64,000 bases of DNA from an uncultured Alphaproteobacteria bacterium (GCA_963781725.1 CAWAGV010000002.1:2969531-3033530), one strand, 5' to 3'; shown: positions 18,421-27,885, numbered from the stretch's first letter. Translations and numbers: made by a program. The notes: generated from the sequence alone by a model not told the origin.

Positions 18421-19192
18421 GGCTCACCCCGCCGTCGATCAGAAGGGAGGTACCCTGGAAATAGGATCCCTTTTCAGTGACGAAAAGCTCGACCACGTTG
18501 GCAACGTCCACCGGCGTCCCGAACCGACGAACGCCGAATTCCTTGGCATAGATTGCTTCCGCTTGATCGCGCGGAATTCCTCTTTCTTTTGAATAGCCGT
18601 CCAGCCATTCATTAAGCCGCCGTCCGGCTATCCAGCCCGGCGCAACGCAATTCACCGAGACATCGTCCTGGATGCCGGTTTCGGCTATTGCCTTTGCAAA
18701 ATTGAGAATGGCCGCGCAGATCGAACCGCTGATAACCGACTCGCCGTGAGGCTCGATGCCTCTGAGCCCGGACAACATGACGACGTTGCCCTTGCGCGCT
18801 TTTAGGTGCGGCCATGCCGCCGTGACGATGCAGACAGCGCTGAAAAACATCAAGGAAAAGGCGTCTTCCCAATCGCGCCGGGTTGCTGAAGCAACATCGA
18901 CGCGCTTGAAATCGCCGGCGCAAGTTACAACGATGTCCAGAGCGCCAAATTTGGCGAGTGTTTCTTTGATAACCGCATCCGGTGCGCCTGCTTCCCGCAA
19001 GTCATACTGACCAATCATGGCAGATCGGCCAGTGTCCCGCTTAATCTCCTCTGCGACACGATCAAGCTTTGCCTTTGTCCGCCCGATGATCGCCACATCT
19101 GCGCCCAGTCTTGCAAGGCGCGTCGCAATCGCGCTGCCCAGATCACCACTGGCTCCAGATACAAGTGCGACTTTGTTCTTGAGTTCGGTCAT
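18410..19192 (-). CDS. atypical SDR-like NAD(P)-binding protein lacking YxxxK (module copy A)
   Basis: 260 aa. Rossmann motif VSGASGDLGSAIA. Where Y-x-x-x-K is expected the sequence reads SGSICAAILNFAKA. Confidence 0.85.
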   Translation of the reverse strand: MTELKNKVALVSGASGDLGSAIATRLARLGADVAIIGRTKAKLDRVAEEIKRDTGRSAMIGQYDLREAGAPDAVIKETLAKFGALDIVVTCAGDFKRVDVASATRRDWEDAFSLMFFSAVCIVTAAWPHLKARKGNVVMLSGLRGIEPHGESVISGSICAAILNFAKAIAETGIQDDVSVNCVAPGWIAGRRLNEWLDGYSKERGIPRDQAEAIYAKEFGVRRFGTPVDVANVVELFVTEKGSYFQGTSLLIDGGVSHGI

Positions 19193-19305
19193 AACGCGCT
19201 CGGGAAGGTTGGTGGGATGCCAAAGATGCGAGCCAGCGCAATGTCAAAAAGCGGAAGCAGCGCCAGCTGGCCTTGACTGAGAATCTTGGATGAACTGATG
19301 CTCCT

Positions 19306-19315
19306 CCCCCCCCCC
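19306..19315. repeat. homopolymeric C10 (G10 on minus strand) tract in a divergent promoter region
   Basis: CTCCTCCCCCCCCCCAATTG read directly. It lies 114-123 nt upstream of the SDR-like start (19192) and 261-270 nt upstream of the ACAD start (19576). Confidence 0.9.
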
Positions 19316-19474
19316 AATTGCCGCGCTTCTCGTAACGGGCGTGATGCTTCTTGGTTTTTGATCGCCAAAACGATTGCAATAAATATCAGACCAAAATAGA
19401 ATTGTCGAGGTTTCGATAAATATTCAGTTTAGTCAGTATGTTACCTCGATGCCTTCTTGCCGGTAGGCCAAGAG

Positions 19475-19505
19475 TTGTCAAATGGTCCAATTTTTTAATT
19501 GACAA
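19475..19505. promoter_or_regulatory. inverted repeat TTGTCAA-N17-TTGACAA, candidate operator in the shared control region
   Basis: 7-bp perfect arms read directly. The site is in an AT-rich stretch 71 nt upstream of the ACAD start. No cognate regulator is identified. Confidence 0.35.
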
Positions 19506-19575
19506 GGCGCTGGCCCGTATAGGACTAGCGGCATTAGCCTAATCAAGCGACATAGAAATCGACCGGGAGGAGTGA

Positions 19576-20760
19576 GTGACAGGTTCGAATAGCGACGGTG
19601 CGTGGGAACTACCCGACGAATTCCGGTCTCTTAGAGACACTGCCCGTCGTTTCATGCGCAACGAAGTTTTGCCCGAGGAGGCGAAACTTTCTCATGATGC
19701 CATTGCGCTGCCGAAGGACGTTTTGACCGGCCTGCAGAAGAAAGCGAGAGACCTTGGTTTCTGGCAAATCGAGTCTCCTTCTGAGTGGGGCGGGGCGGGC
19801 CTCAATCTTCTCGGTCAGGCGGTCGTTGCGGAAGAGTCCTCCCAATGCAAAATGGGTGCGTATATCCCTGCCTGTCACGCGTTCGGGTGGGATCCGCCGA
19901 ATGCGATTTTTCTCGGCCGCAAGGATCAGATTGAAAAGTACGCTGTCTCGACCCTGGATGCCGGTGACAAGACATTCGTTGCGATTTCCGAACCGAGTGG
20001 TGGATCGGATCCGGGCCGTGCAATTCAGACCAGAGCCGAGCGGCGCGGCGATCGTTATGTTTTGAATGGAACGAAAACCTGGATTTCCGGCGTAGGCGAA
20101 TCTGAATGGGGGCTCGTGTTTGCCCGAACGGGCCCAAGCAAAGGACGCGACGGCGTCACTGCGTTCATCGTCGAAAAAGCATTTAAGGGCTTCAGCTACA
20201 AGCCGATCCCGGTAATCAGATCCTATTCGCCGTACGAAATCAGCCTGGCCGATTGCGAAGTTCCGGAAGAAAATCGGTTGGGCAACGAAGGCGAAGGATT
20301 CAAACTGGCCGAGACGTGGTTGGTCCATGCTCGAATCCCTTATGCGGCTGCCGTTATCGGTATCGCTCAGGCCGCCCTGGAACTGACGATCGACTGGGCA
20401 CGAGATCGAAAAACGTTCGGGTCTGCGCTCGCCGATAAACAGGCGATCCAGTGGATGCTGGCAGACTCCGAGATTGAACTGCGCGCGGCGCGGCTTTTGG
20501 TCTATCAGGCTGCATGGCGCGGCGATCTCGGTCTCGACATCAAAGTCGATGCCTCGATCGCCAAGGTTTATGCCACGGAAACCGCAGGCCGCGTGGTCGA
20601 CCGATGCATTCAGATCTTTGGCGGTCTCGGTGTTGCGCAAGAAATGCCGCTTGAACGCTGGTACCGCGAACTAAGGATCAAGCGTATCGGAGAGGGGCCG
20701 TCGGAGGTACACAGAATGGTCGTCGCCCGTAACCTCTTTGGCCAGCGCCGCGGAGGCTGA
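19576..20760 (+). CDS. acyl-CoA dehydrogenase family protein
   Basis: 394 aa, GTG start after GGGAGGAG. C-terminal IFGGLGVAQEMPLERWYRELRIKRIGEGPSEVHRMVVAR is a typical ACAD signature region. Confidence 0.9.
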   Translation: MTGSNSDGAWELPDEFRSLRDTARRFMRNEVLPEEAKLSHDAIALPKDVLTGLQKKARDLGFWQIESPSEWGGAGLNLLGQAVVAEESSQCKMGAYIPACHAFGWDPPNAIFLGRKDQIEKYAVSTLDAGDKTFVAISEPSGGSDPGRAIQTRAERRGDRYVLNGTKTWISGVGESEWGLVFARTGPSKGRDGVTAFIVEKAFKGFSYKPIPVIRSYSPYEISLADCEVPEENRLGNEGEGFKLAETWLVHARIPYAAAVIGIAQAALELTIDWARDRKTFGSALADKQAIQWMLADSEIELRAARLLVYQAAWRGDLGLDIKVDASIAKVYATETAGRVVDRCIQIFGGLGVAQEMPLERWYRELRIKRIGEGPSEVHRMVVARNLFGQRRGG

Positions 20761-20761
20761 G

Positions 20762-21535
20762 ATGTCGATTGATTTCACAGTCGAAGAGAATATCGCGACG
20801 ATTACCATCAATCGTCCCGAGCGCCTCAACGCAATGGACGCAGAGCATTATCAAGGGCTGTCAGCAGCCTGGACACGCGTTCGCGACGACAACGATATCC
20901 GCGTCGCCATCGTGACGGGCGCCGGCGAACGCGCGTTTAGTACCGGCGCCGATATCAAAAGCTTTCTGACAGCGCCGACCGAGTTGCGTGAGATGTGGCT
21001 GACACAGCGTGAGCAACTTCTCAATCGCGGTCTTGAAGTCTGGAAGCCGGTCATCGCCGCCGTCAACGGATATTGTCTGGCCGGTGGCATGACGCTGCTG
21101 CTGGCGACGGACATCCGCATTGCCGCAGAGCACGCTACCTTCAGTGTCGCCGAGGTGAAGCGGGGCATAATTCCCGGCAACGGCGGCACGCAGCGCATTC
21201 TTGAGCAGTTGCCTTACGCAATTGCTATGGAACTTCTGCTGACGGGAGATGCGATCGATTCCGCGACGGCTGCCCGCTTCGGCTTGATTAACAAGGTTGT
21301 GACTAAAGAAACTTTGATGGACGAAGCAAGGGTAATGGCGCGCCGGATCGCCGCCAATGCACCGCTTGCGGTCCAGGCAGCCAAAGAACTTGCCGTTCGT
21401 TCACGGGAAATGGATCGCACGACCGGCTTCAGGGTCGAAGCGCTGATCACCAGGCTTTTGCAATTTACCGATGACGCAAAAGAAGGCCCTGCGGCGTTTG
21501 CAGCCAAGCGGCCGGCCGAATTCAAAGGAGGATAG
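20762..21535 (+). CDS. enoyl-CoA hydratase/isomerase (crotonase) family protein
   Basis: ATG 20762 sits 1 nt after the ACAD stop with GGAGG upstream. ITINRPERLNAMD and AAVNGYCLAGGMTLLLATDIRIA are crotonase motifs. Confidence 0.9.
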   Translation: MSIDFTVEENIATITINRPERLNAMDAEHYQGLSAAWTRVRDDNDIRVAIVTGAGERAFSTGADIKSFLTAPTELREMWLTQREQLLNRGLEVWKPVIAAVNGYCLAGGMTLLLATDIRIAAEHATFSVAEVKRGIIPGNGGTQRILEQLPYAIAMELLLTGDAIDSATAARFGLINKVVTKETLMDEARVMARRIAANAPLAVQAAKELAVRSREMDRTTGFRVEALITRLLQFTDDAKEGPAAFAAKRPAEFKGG

Positions 21536-21536
21536 G

Positions 21537-22736
21537 ATGTCCAGTCAGCGTCCATATCCGCTTGCCGGTATCGTCGTTCTTGATCTCAGTCAGATCTACA
21601 ACGGTCCCTACGCGACATTTCTCCTCGCTCAGGCCGGCGCCGATGTGATCAAGGTCGAACCGCGCAATGGAGAGCATTTGCGACGCCGTGGGGCGCTGAG
21701 TGCGGCTGCGTTGCCGTTCGCAATGCTGAACCCCAACAAGCGTTCAGTGTCTCTTGACCTAAAGACCGAGAAGGGCCGCGAACTATTGTTGAAGCTCGCC
21801 GCGCGAGCGGATGTGCTGGTGGAGAATTTCGCGCCGGGCGCGATGGAACGGCTCGGGCTCGATTACCAAAAAGTCCGCAAGGTGAACCCGCGGCTAATCT
21901 ATGCATCGAGCTCGGGATACGGAAGCTCGGGACCCTATCGGAATTATCCTGCGATGGACCTGACGGTGCAGGCGATGTCCGGAATCATGAGCATCACTGG
22001 TTTTGACGATCGACCGCCAGTGAAGTCAGGCCCTGCCGTTTGCGATTTTTTTGCTGGCGTTCACCTTTACGGAGCGATCGTCACCGCGCTTTTTGAACGG
22101 GAACGAACCGGTCAGGGGCGCGCTGTTGAAGTGGCGATGCTCGAGTCGGTGTACATGTCGTTGGCCTCGAACCTCAGCCTTTCCCACAGCAGGGGCTGGA
22201 AGGACACGCCGCGCACCGGGAATCGGCACGGTGGTCTCGCCGAGGCGCCCTACAATGTCTATCCGACGAAATCCGGTCACATCGCCATCATCTGCGTCGG
22301 CGAACAGCATTGGAAGAACCTCCTCAAAGCTATGGGCCGTGAGGATCTTGATTCGGATCCGCGCTTCCAGTCGATGAAAGACCGCGCCTTGAATATCGAC
22401 GTCGTCGATCAGATCGTGAGCGATTTTAGCAAGAATTTTGAGACCAACGAGCTGTTTGATGTTCTGCTGAAGTATCGTGTGCCCTGTGCTCCAGTTCGCA
22501 CGCTCGAAGACGTGGTCAATGATCCACATTTGCACGAGCGAGGCATGCTTCAGTGGATTGACCATCCTTCGCTGGGCCGGATTGTCGTGCCGGGGAGCCC
22601 GATGCGTTACGAGGGTGCTTCCCCTTTGCCGCACAAGGTCAGTTCCGAGCTGGGCACAGACAACGAAGATGTCTTGAGCAGCCTTGGTCTTTCCAAGGCA
22701 GAGATAAATCAACTCAAAGACGAAAAGGTCATTTGA
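21537..22736 (+). CDS. CaiB/BaiF family III CoA-transferase
   Basis: ATG 21537 after AAAGGAGGA. GIVVLDLSQIYNGPYATFLLAQAGADVIKVEP is the typical N-terminus. Confidence 0.9.
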   Translation: MSSQRPYPLAGIVVLDLSQIYNGPYATFLLAQAGADVIKVEPRNGEHLRRRGALSAAALPFAMLNPNKRSVSLDLKTEKGRELLLKLAARADVLVENFAPGAMERLGLDYQKVRKVNPRLIYASSSGYGSSGPYRNYPAMDLTVQAMSGIMSITGFDDRPPVKSGPAVCDFFAGVHLYGAIVTALFERERTGQGRAVEVAMLESVYMSLASNLSLSHSRGWKDTPRTGNRHGGLAEAPYNVYPTKSGHIAIICVGEQHWKNLLKAMGREDLDSDPRFQSMKDRALNIDVVDQIVSDFSKNFETNELFDVLLKYRVPCAPVRTLEDVVNDPHLHERGMLQWIDHPSLGRIVVPGSPMRYEGASPLPHKVSSELGTDNEDVLSSLGLSKAEINQLKDEKVI

Positions 22737-23860
22737 TGGACGGCCGTTACGTCATTGCTGGAATTGGACATACTGAATTCGGGCGTCTGCCTGAACGCAG
22801 TACTCTGTCGATGAATGCTGAGGCCTGCAAAAATGCCCTCAAGGATGCAGGAATAGACAAGTCGGTCGTCGACGGATTGCTGGTCAAGGTGCCGACGTCG
22901 AAATACGACGCGATGTACGGCCAGACCCTTGCGGAAAATTTGCGTCTGCAGCCCAAGGTCGGCGGCGTTTGGGATCAGGGCGGTGCGACCAACATCAGCA
23001 TGATCTCATTTGCCTGTATGTCGATCGATGCCGGGCAGTGCGACATTGCGCTCGTATGTCTTGCCGATAATCCCAAAACCGGAACGCGCCAGGCTTATGA
23101 AAAAGGGTGGGGTCCTGATTCAGCCTATGGGTGGTTCAGCATTGCCGCCGGTTACGCGCTCATCGCGCAACGTCACAAAGCCGAATATGGGACGACGTCG
23201 GAGCAGCTCGGCGCCATTGCAGTCGCGTGTCGAAACAATGGCGCAAACAATCCGCATGCGCACCTGCGTCTGCCGCTGACGATCGATCAGTACATGAAAT
23301 CGCCTTACATCATCGAGCCGTTGCGACGCGATGACATTTGTCTGGTCTCCGACGGTGCGGCCGCTGTGGTAATCATGAGCGAAAAGCGGGGGCGGGAACT
23401 TAAAGTTGCGATGCCTGTCCCCATCCTCGGCTTTGGCCAGGCCCATACCTCTTGGGACGTACCGCTTCGTCCGGTGCTGACGTCGACTGCCGCGCGAGAC
23501 TCGGCGCAGACCGCATTCCGAATGGCCGGATTGACGCCGAAAGATATCGATGTCGCGCAGATTTACGACTGCTACACGATCGCTGCGTTGATGACGCTGG
23601 AAGACTACGGCTTTTGCAAAAAAGGCGAAGGCGGCCGGTTCGTCGCCGAGGGCAACATTGCTCCGGGTGGGAAGCTGCCGATCAACACGAGCGGCGGATT
23701 GCTTTCCGAAACCGGCATGCCTGGACTGCAAATGGTGATGGAGGGCGTTCGCCAGATGCGCGGGACCTCAGTCAATCAGGTGCGTGGCGCCAAAAAGTGC
23801 GTCGTCAGCAACCAAGGTGGCATCATGACAACTCATTCGACACTTCTGTTGGGGCAATAA
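22736..23860 (+). CDS. thiolase-fold protein (SCP-x / lipid-transfer type), possibly non-thiolytic
   Basis: ATG 22736 overlaps the upstream TGA (TGATG). VIAGIGHTEFGR and NTSGGLLSETGMPG show the thiolase fold. I could not find the usual nucleophile C-A-T/S-G (reads GGATNIS) or the GHP His (reads TGMPG). Confidence 0.8.
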   Translation: MDGRYVIAGIGHTEFGRLPERSTLSMNAEACKNALKDAGIDKSVVDGLLVKVPTSKYDAMYGQTLAENLRLQPKVGGVWDQGGATNISMISFACMSIDAGQCDIALVCLADNPKTGTRQAYEKGWGPDSAYGWFSIAAGYALIAQRHKAEYGTTSEQLGAIAVACRNNGANNPHAHLRLPLTIDQYMKSPYIIEPLRRDDICLVSDGAAAVVIMSEKRGRELKVAMPVPILGFGQAHTSWDVPLRPVLTSTAARDSAQTAFRMAGLTPKDIDVAQIYDCYTIAALMTLEDYGFCKKGEGGRFVAEGNIAPGGKLPINTSGGLLSETGMPGLQMVMEGVRQMRGTSVNQVRGAKKCVVSNQGGIMTTHSTLLLGQ

Positions 23861-23861
23861 A

Positions 23862-24257
23862 GTGAGTTATCCGCTTCCCGAGATTACACCTTTATCCAAG
23901 CCTTACTGGGATGCACTTCAGGAAGGGCGCCTGTGTTTTCAGCAATGTGAATGCTGTGGCCACGCTTGGCTGCCGCCGCGCGCCGAATGTCCCGAATGCT
24001 GGGAGTGCAAATGGCAGTGGAAGACCGCGTCAGGTAAAGGCCGCCTCATAAGCTGGGTCGTCTATCACCACGCCTATCATCCCGAATTCAAAGCGCGCTT
24101 GCCTTATAACGTGGCGCTCGTCGAATTGGACGAAGGGCCGCGTCTCATCACCAATATTGTGAACGTTAACGATCGCAAGCTCGACATCGAGCTTCCGGTC
24201 AAATTGCGCATCGAGAAAGAACAGGACTTTTCGCTAGCCAGATTCGAGCTGGCGTAG
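23862..24257 (+). CDS. Zn-ribbon OB-fold protein (DUF35 family), thiolase partner
   Basis: 131 aa; four-Cys ribbon CECCGHAWLPPRAECPEC followed by an OB-like domain. The start is 1 nt after the thiolase-fold gene stop. Confidence 0.85.
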   Translation: MSYPLPEITPLSKPYWDALQEGRLCFQQCECCGHAWLPPRAECPECWECKWQWKTASGKGRLISWVVYHHAYHPEFKARLPYNVALVELDEGPRLITNIVNVNDRKLDIELPVKLRIEKEQDFSLARFELA

Positions 24258-24268
24258 GTGGTCCGGTT

Positions 24269-25633
24269 CTATTCCGCAGCTTGTGTGCCGGTCCTGCTAT
24301 AGCGGCTTTCCGGCCGCGGCAGACCCAGGTGCTCGCGCAATGTACGGCCGGTATATTCTTTCCGGAATAAACCGCGCCGCTGCAATTCCGGTATCACCAG
24401 GTTGACGAAGTCATCGAGCGACCCCGGCAAATAGGCGGGTATGAAATTGAAGCCGTCGGCGGCTTCCTTTTTGTACCAGTCTTCCATGATGTCGACGATT
24501 TGCGCGGGCGTGCCGCGAATGACGCTCTTGCCGCGCGCGCCCGCGGCGCGTAGCGCCGTCTCACGGAGAGTGAGGTTTTCCCGTCGGGCGGCGTCGAGGA
24601 CGTTCTGTCTTGCACTTTGACTGGTGCCGACCTCAGGCAAGTCCATCGGCATCGGCCCATCCGGTGGATATTTCGAAAGGTCGACGCCTCCCAATATGGT
24701 CGAGAGCATTTCTCGCGCGGCAATAGGATGGATCAGCGACTGGAGATATTCATATTTCTCATTGGCTTCGGCTTCGGTTTCGGCAACGAAGCAACTGAGG
24801 CCCGGCATGACCTTGATGTGGTCCGGATTACGGCCGAACTTGTCGGCCGCACGCGTTTTCACCTCGGAGTAATATTTCTGGCAGGACTCGATGGTGAGAT
24901 GCGCACTGAAGATCACCTCTGCAAAACGTGCGGCAACGTCCATCCCGTCGTCTGATGTGCCGGCTTGCACGATAACCGGGTGACCTTGCGGCGGCCGTGG
25001 TGTGTTCAACGGGCCTTTGACCGCAAAGTGTTTTCCCTTGTGATTCAGATAGTGGAATTTGGCTGGATCGAAGAATTGACCGGTTTCCTTGTTACGAACG
25101 AAGGCGTCGTCATCCCAGCTGTCCCACAGGGCCAGTACAATTTCGGCAAATTCACGGGCGCGATCATATCGTTCGGCGTGTCCATAATGCTGATCGCGGC
25201 CGAAGTTATAGGCTTCGGCCGGGGTTCCCGAAGTCACCAGGTTCCAGCCGATACGTCCACCGCTGATGTGATCGAGCGACGCGAATTTCCGGGCGACGTG
25301 ATAGGGTTCGTAATAACTCGTCGTTGCCGTGCAAATAAGGCCGATACGTTGTGTCACGGCGGCTAGACCGCCTAGCAGCGTCATTGGGTCGAAATTCGCA
25401 ATGAACTGCGCGGACCGCGACAACGCCTCCATGCTCGCTTCCCGCATGGCCAGATTGTCCGCGAGAAAAAGCATGTCGAATTTGCCGCGCTCCGCGGTCT
25501 TTGCGATGTCCGCGTAGTGCTGAAAATTCACGCCGGCATCGGCTTGTGCCTCAGGGTGCCGCCAGGACGCGACATGGCTGCCCGTCGGATTGAAGAACGC
25601 ACCAAGACGAAGTTCACTTGATGGCCTTGCCAT
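24269..25633 (-). CDS. LLM-class flavin-dependent monooxygenase (NtaA/SnaA/DszA family)
   Basis: ORF 24269-25750; ATG 25633 (MARPSSELRLGAFFNPTGSHVASWRHPEA) avoids overlap with the upstream Bug gene. About 450 aa, typical of the family. Confidence 0.85.
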   Translation of the reverse strand: MARPSSELRLGAFFNPTGSHVASWRHPEAQADAGVNFQHYADIAKTAERGKFDMLFLADNLAMREASMEALSRSAQFIANFDPMTLLGGLAAVTQRIGLICTATTSYYEPYHVARKFASLDHISGGRIGWNLVTSGTPAEAYNFGRDQHYGHAERYDRAREFAEIVLALWDSWDDDAFVRNKETGQFFDPAKFHYLNHKGKHFAVKGPLNTPRPPQGHPVIVQAGTSDDGMDVAARFAEVIFSAHLTIESCQKYYSEVKTRAADKFGRNPDHIKVMPGLSCFVAETEAEANEKYEYLQSLIHPIAAREMLSTILGGVDLSKYPPDGPMPMDLPEVGTSQSARQNVLDAARRENLTLRETALRAAGARGKSVIRGTPAQIVDIMEDWYKKEAADGFNFIPAYLPGSLDDFVNLVIPELQRRGLFRKEYTGRTLREHLGLPRPESRYSRTGTQAAE

Positions 25634-25707
25634 ACGCGATGGTCCCTGGTTGGAGATGGGAACGGATACCCCGTTTCGGTCCGCATGGCGGCCGATGACG
25701 TCACCGG

Positions 25708-26763
25708 TCAGTCGAGAGAGATGTGCTCCGATTTGATCAATGGACCCCAAAGGGCTTTTTCCTGATCCATCAGTTTAACGAAGTCTTCCGGAGATCCGCC
25801 GAGCGGCTCCGAACCGATTATTTCGATCTGCTTGCGAACTTCCGGATTCTTCAGCGCATCGTTCATCGCTTTTCCGATGGCGCTTACGACATTCGCGGGG
25901 AGTCCGGCTGGACCCATGATGCCGTTCCAGGTGGTGGCTACAATGTCGAGACCGGATTCACGGAAGGTCGGGACATTTGGCAAAAAGCTGACTCGCTCTG
26001 CGCTTGCCGTGTTCAGCAGCTTCAGCGAGGAAACTTGTGGCACATAAGACGGGAAACCGATGTTGATGTGTCCGCCCATTACGTCCGTTATCAGCGGCGC
26101 GGTGCCGTTGTAGCTGATCAAAATACCCTTCAGCCCTGTCTTTGCGAGGAATAGCGCTCCGGTAAGGTATTCGATGCCGCCCAAGCCGCCGCTGCCGATT
26201 GTCAATTTGCCGTTTTGGGACTGGGCATAGGCCTTTAAATCCTGAAGATTGTTGATTGGAAGCGCAGGGTCGACTGCGAGTACGACAGGGACTTGACGCG
26301 TTAAAACGATGGGCGTGAATTCGCTGTCGGAATCGTAGGTCAGCTTCTTGTAGAGCATTTTGTTGAAGACCGACGGTCCTGAACCTCCAACGACAAGCGT
26401 GTAGCCGTCGGGCTTCGATTTCCCGACGTAAGTCATGCCAACCGCGCCATTGGCGCCGGCACGGTTTTCCACGACAACAGATTGTCCCAGTCTCTTGGAG
26501 AGCTCCTGCGCATAAAGACGGGCCGCGACGTCCATGCTGCCTCCGGCAGCGTAAGGCACGATCAGGGTGATAGGCCGCGTTGGCCAAGCATCATCAGCCG
26601 CGGCGGGCAGGGGCGATAACAGGAGCTGCGTCGCCAAAGCGGCAAAAAGCGCGACAACGAGAGCGCGCCGTATGAAGGTCCCGAATCCGGGACGTATTGG
26701 CGTAACTGGCAAGGCATCTCCCCCGTTTGCGGTGGCCGCTTTTCTGGCGTTGTTGACCAGCAT
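25708..26763 (-). CDS. Bug family TTT substrate-binding protein
   Basis: WPTRPITLIVPYAAGGSMDV after a hydrophobic leader. The true start may be downstream of 26763. Confidence 0.85.
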   Translation of the reverse strand: MLVNNARKAATANGGDALPVTPIRPGFGTFIRRALVVALFAALATQLLLSPLPAAADDAWPTRPITLIVPYAAGGSMDVAARLYAQELSKRLGQSVVVENRAGANGAVGMTYVGKSKPDGYTLVVGGSGPSVFNKMLYKKLTYDSDSEFTPIVLTRQVPVVLAVDPALPINNLQDLKAYAQSQNGKLTIGSGGLGGIEYLTGALFLAKTGLKGILISYNGTAPLITDVMGGHINIGFPSYVPQVSSLKLLNTASAERVSFLPNVPTFRESGLDIVATTWNGIMGPAGLPANVVSAIGKAMNDALKNPEVRKQIEIIGSEPLGGSPEDFVKLMDQEKALWGPLIKSEHISLD

Positions 26764-26882
26764 TTTGACGTAAAAGGAAAGGCCCTACAAGGTAAATATC
26801 GGATGTTTTCGTTTTAATGCATATTGTCAGACCGTAATGCTGACGGCTATGGCTGACGGATCGGGAGGCGGAGGAAACTGGA

Positions 26883-27851
26883 ATGACCGGGAAAGTCGGC
26901 AAATTGATCGACGTGCAGCATCATTTGTATCCGCCAAAGTTCCTGGCGGAACGCCGTGAGGCCCTGCTCAAGTTTTCACCCGGATTTCCGCACATCGTGG
27001 ATTGGACGCCGCAGCAGTCCATCGATGACATGGATCGAAACGGATGTGCGGCTGCCGTCTTGTCAGCCGGGCCTCCCGGCGTTTGGCTCGGAGAAACCGA
27101 ACAAGCGCAAAGACTGACCTCAATTATAAACGAATTCGGCGCCGAACTCGTTTTGAAGTATCCGAAGCGGTTTGGTTTTCTCGCGACATTGCCGCTGCCG
27201 GATGTCGATTTTTCGCTCCGTCAAATCGAAAATGTCTTCGACAACCTTCACGCCGACGGCATCGGCCTGATGTCGAGCTATGACGGAAAATGGCCCGGTC
27301 ATCCCGACTTCGCTCCGATTTTCGATGAACTCAACCGGCGCGGCAGTGTTGTGCAGTTTCATCCGACGGCTGGCCGCCATACACAGGGCCTGCTGCGCGA
27401 GCCGGCACCGCCGATCATCGAATTTCTATTCGACACCACGCGAGCAATTACGGATTTGCTCTACAGCGGCACGTTTGCGCGGTGTCCAAACATCCGCTGG
27501 ATATTCCTGCACGGCGGCGGCACCTTGCCGTTCCTGGCCGATCGTATCGGCATGTGGGCCAGAGCAAAGAAGACCGACGCCGCGCTGATGGCGCGCATTC
27601 CAAATGGCGTCGAATATGAGTTGAAACGGCTTTATCTGGACGTCTGCTCGATGTGCAATCCGGTTTCGATGGGGGCGATTCTCAAATTTGTTCCGAGCAA
27701 TCAACTGATGTTCGGCTCTGACGCGCCGTTCTTCTCGATTGCCAGCGCCCTGGAAGAATTCGATACGGTTCGTCCCCTTCTGACAGAAGGGCAAATCGCC
27801 GATATTCAATACAATACGGCTGCCGGCCTGTTTCCGAGACTTGCGCAGTAA
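26883..27851 (+). CDS. amidohydrolase-2 family protein (ACMSD / LigI-type decarboxylase or lactonase superfamily)
   Basis: GGAGGAAA RBS. N-terminal metal motif IDVQHHLYPP and C-terminal LMFGSDAPF are typical of PF04909-type enzymes. Confidence 0.8.
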   Translation: MTGKVGKLIDVQHHLYPPKFLAERREALLKFSPGFPHIVDWTPQQSIDDMDRNGCAAAVLSAGPPGVWLGETEQAQRLTSIINEFGAELVLKYPKRFGFLATLPLPDVDFSLRQIENVFDNLHADGIGLMSSYDGKWPGHPDFAPIFDELNRRGSVVQFHPTAGRHTQGLLREPAPPIIEFLFDTTRAITDLLYSGTFARCPNIRWIFLHGGGTLPFLADRIGMWARAKKTDAALMARIPNGVEYELKRLYLDVCSMCNPVSMGAILKFVPSNQLMFGSDAPFFSIASALEEFDTVRPLLTEGQIADIQYNTAAGLFPRLAQ

Positions 27852-27885
27852 GTAGGGCCTGATTTAAGCGGGCGAAGTGCCGCGA

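Noticed and set aside
19499-19527. TTGACA at 19499-19504 as the -35 of a sigma-70 promoter for the ACAD operon
   Set aside because: The best TATA-like hexamer (TATAGG, 19518-19523) is only 13 nt away. At 17-nt spacing the hexamer is GGACTA. The promoter call is not supportable without 5'-end data.
19609-20640. 343-aa minus-strand ORF. Similar antisense ORFs at 22026-22712, 34602-35648 and 40479-41591
   Set aside because: These are antisense to the ACAD, CoA-transferase, ABC binding-protein and LLM monooxygenase genes respectively. No motifs are present, and the sense frames are unambiguous.
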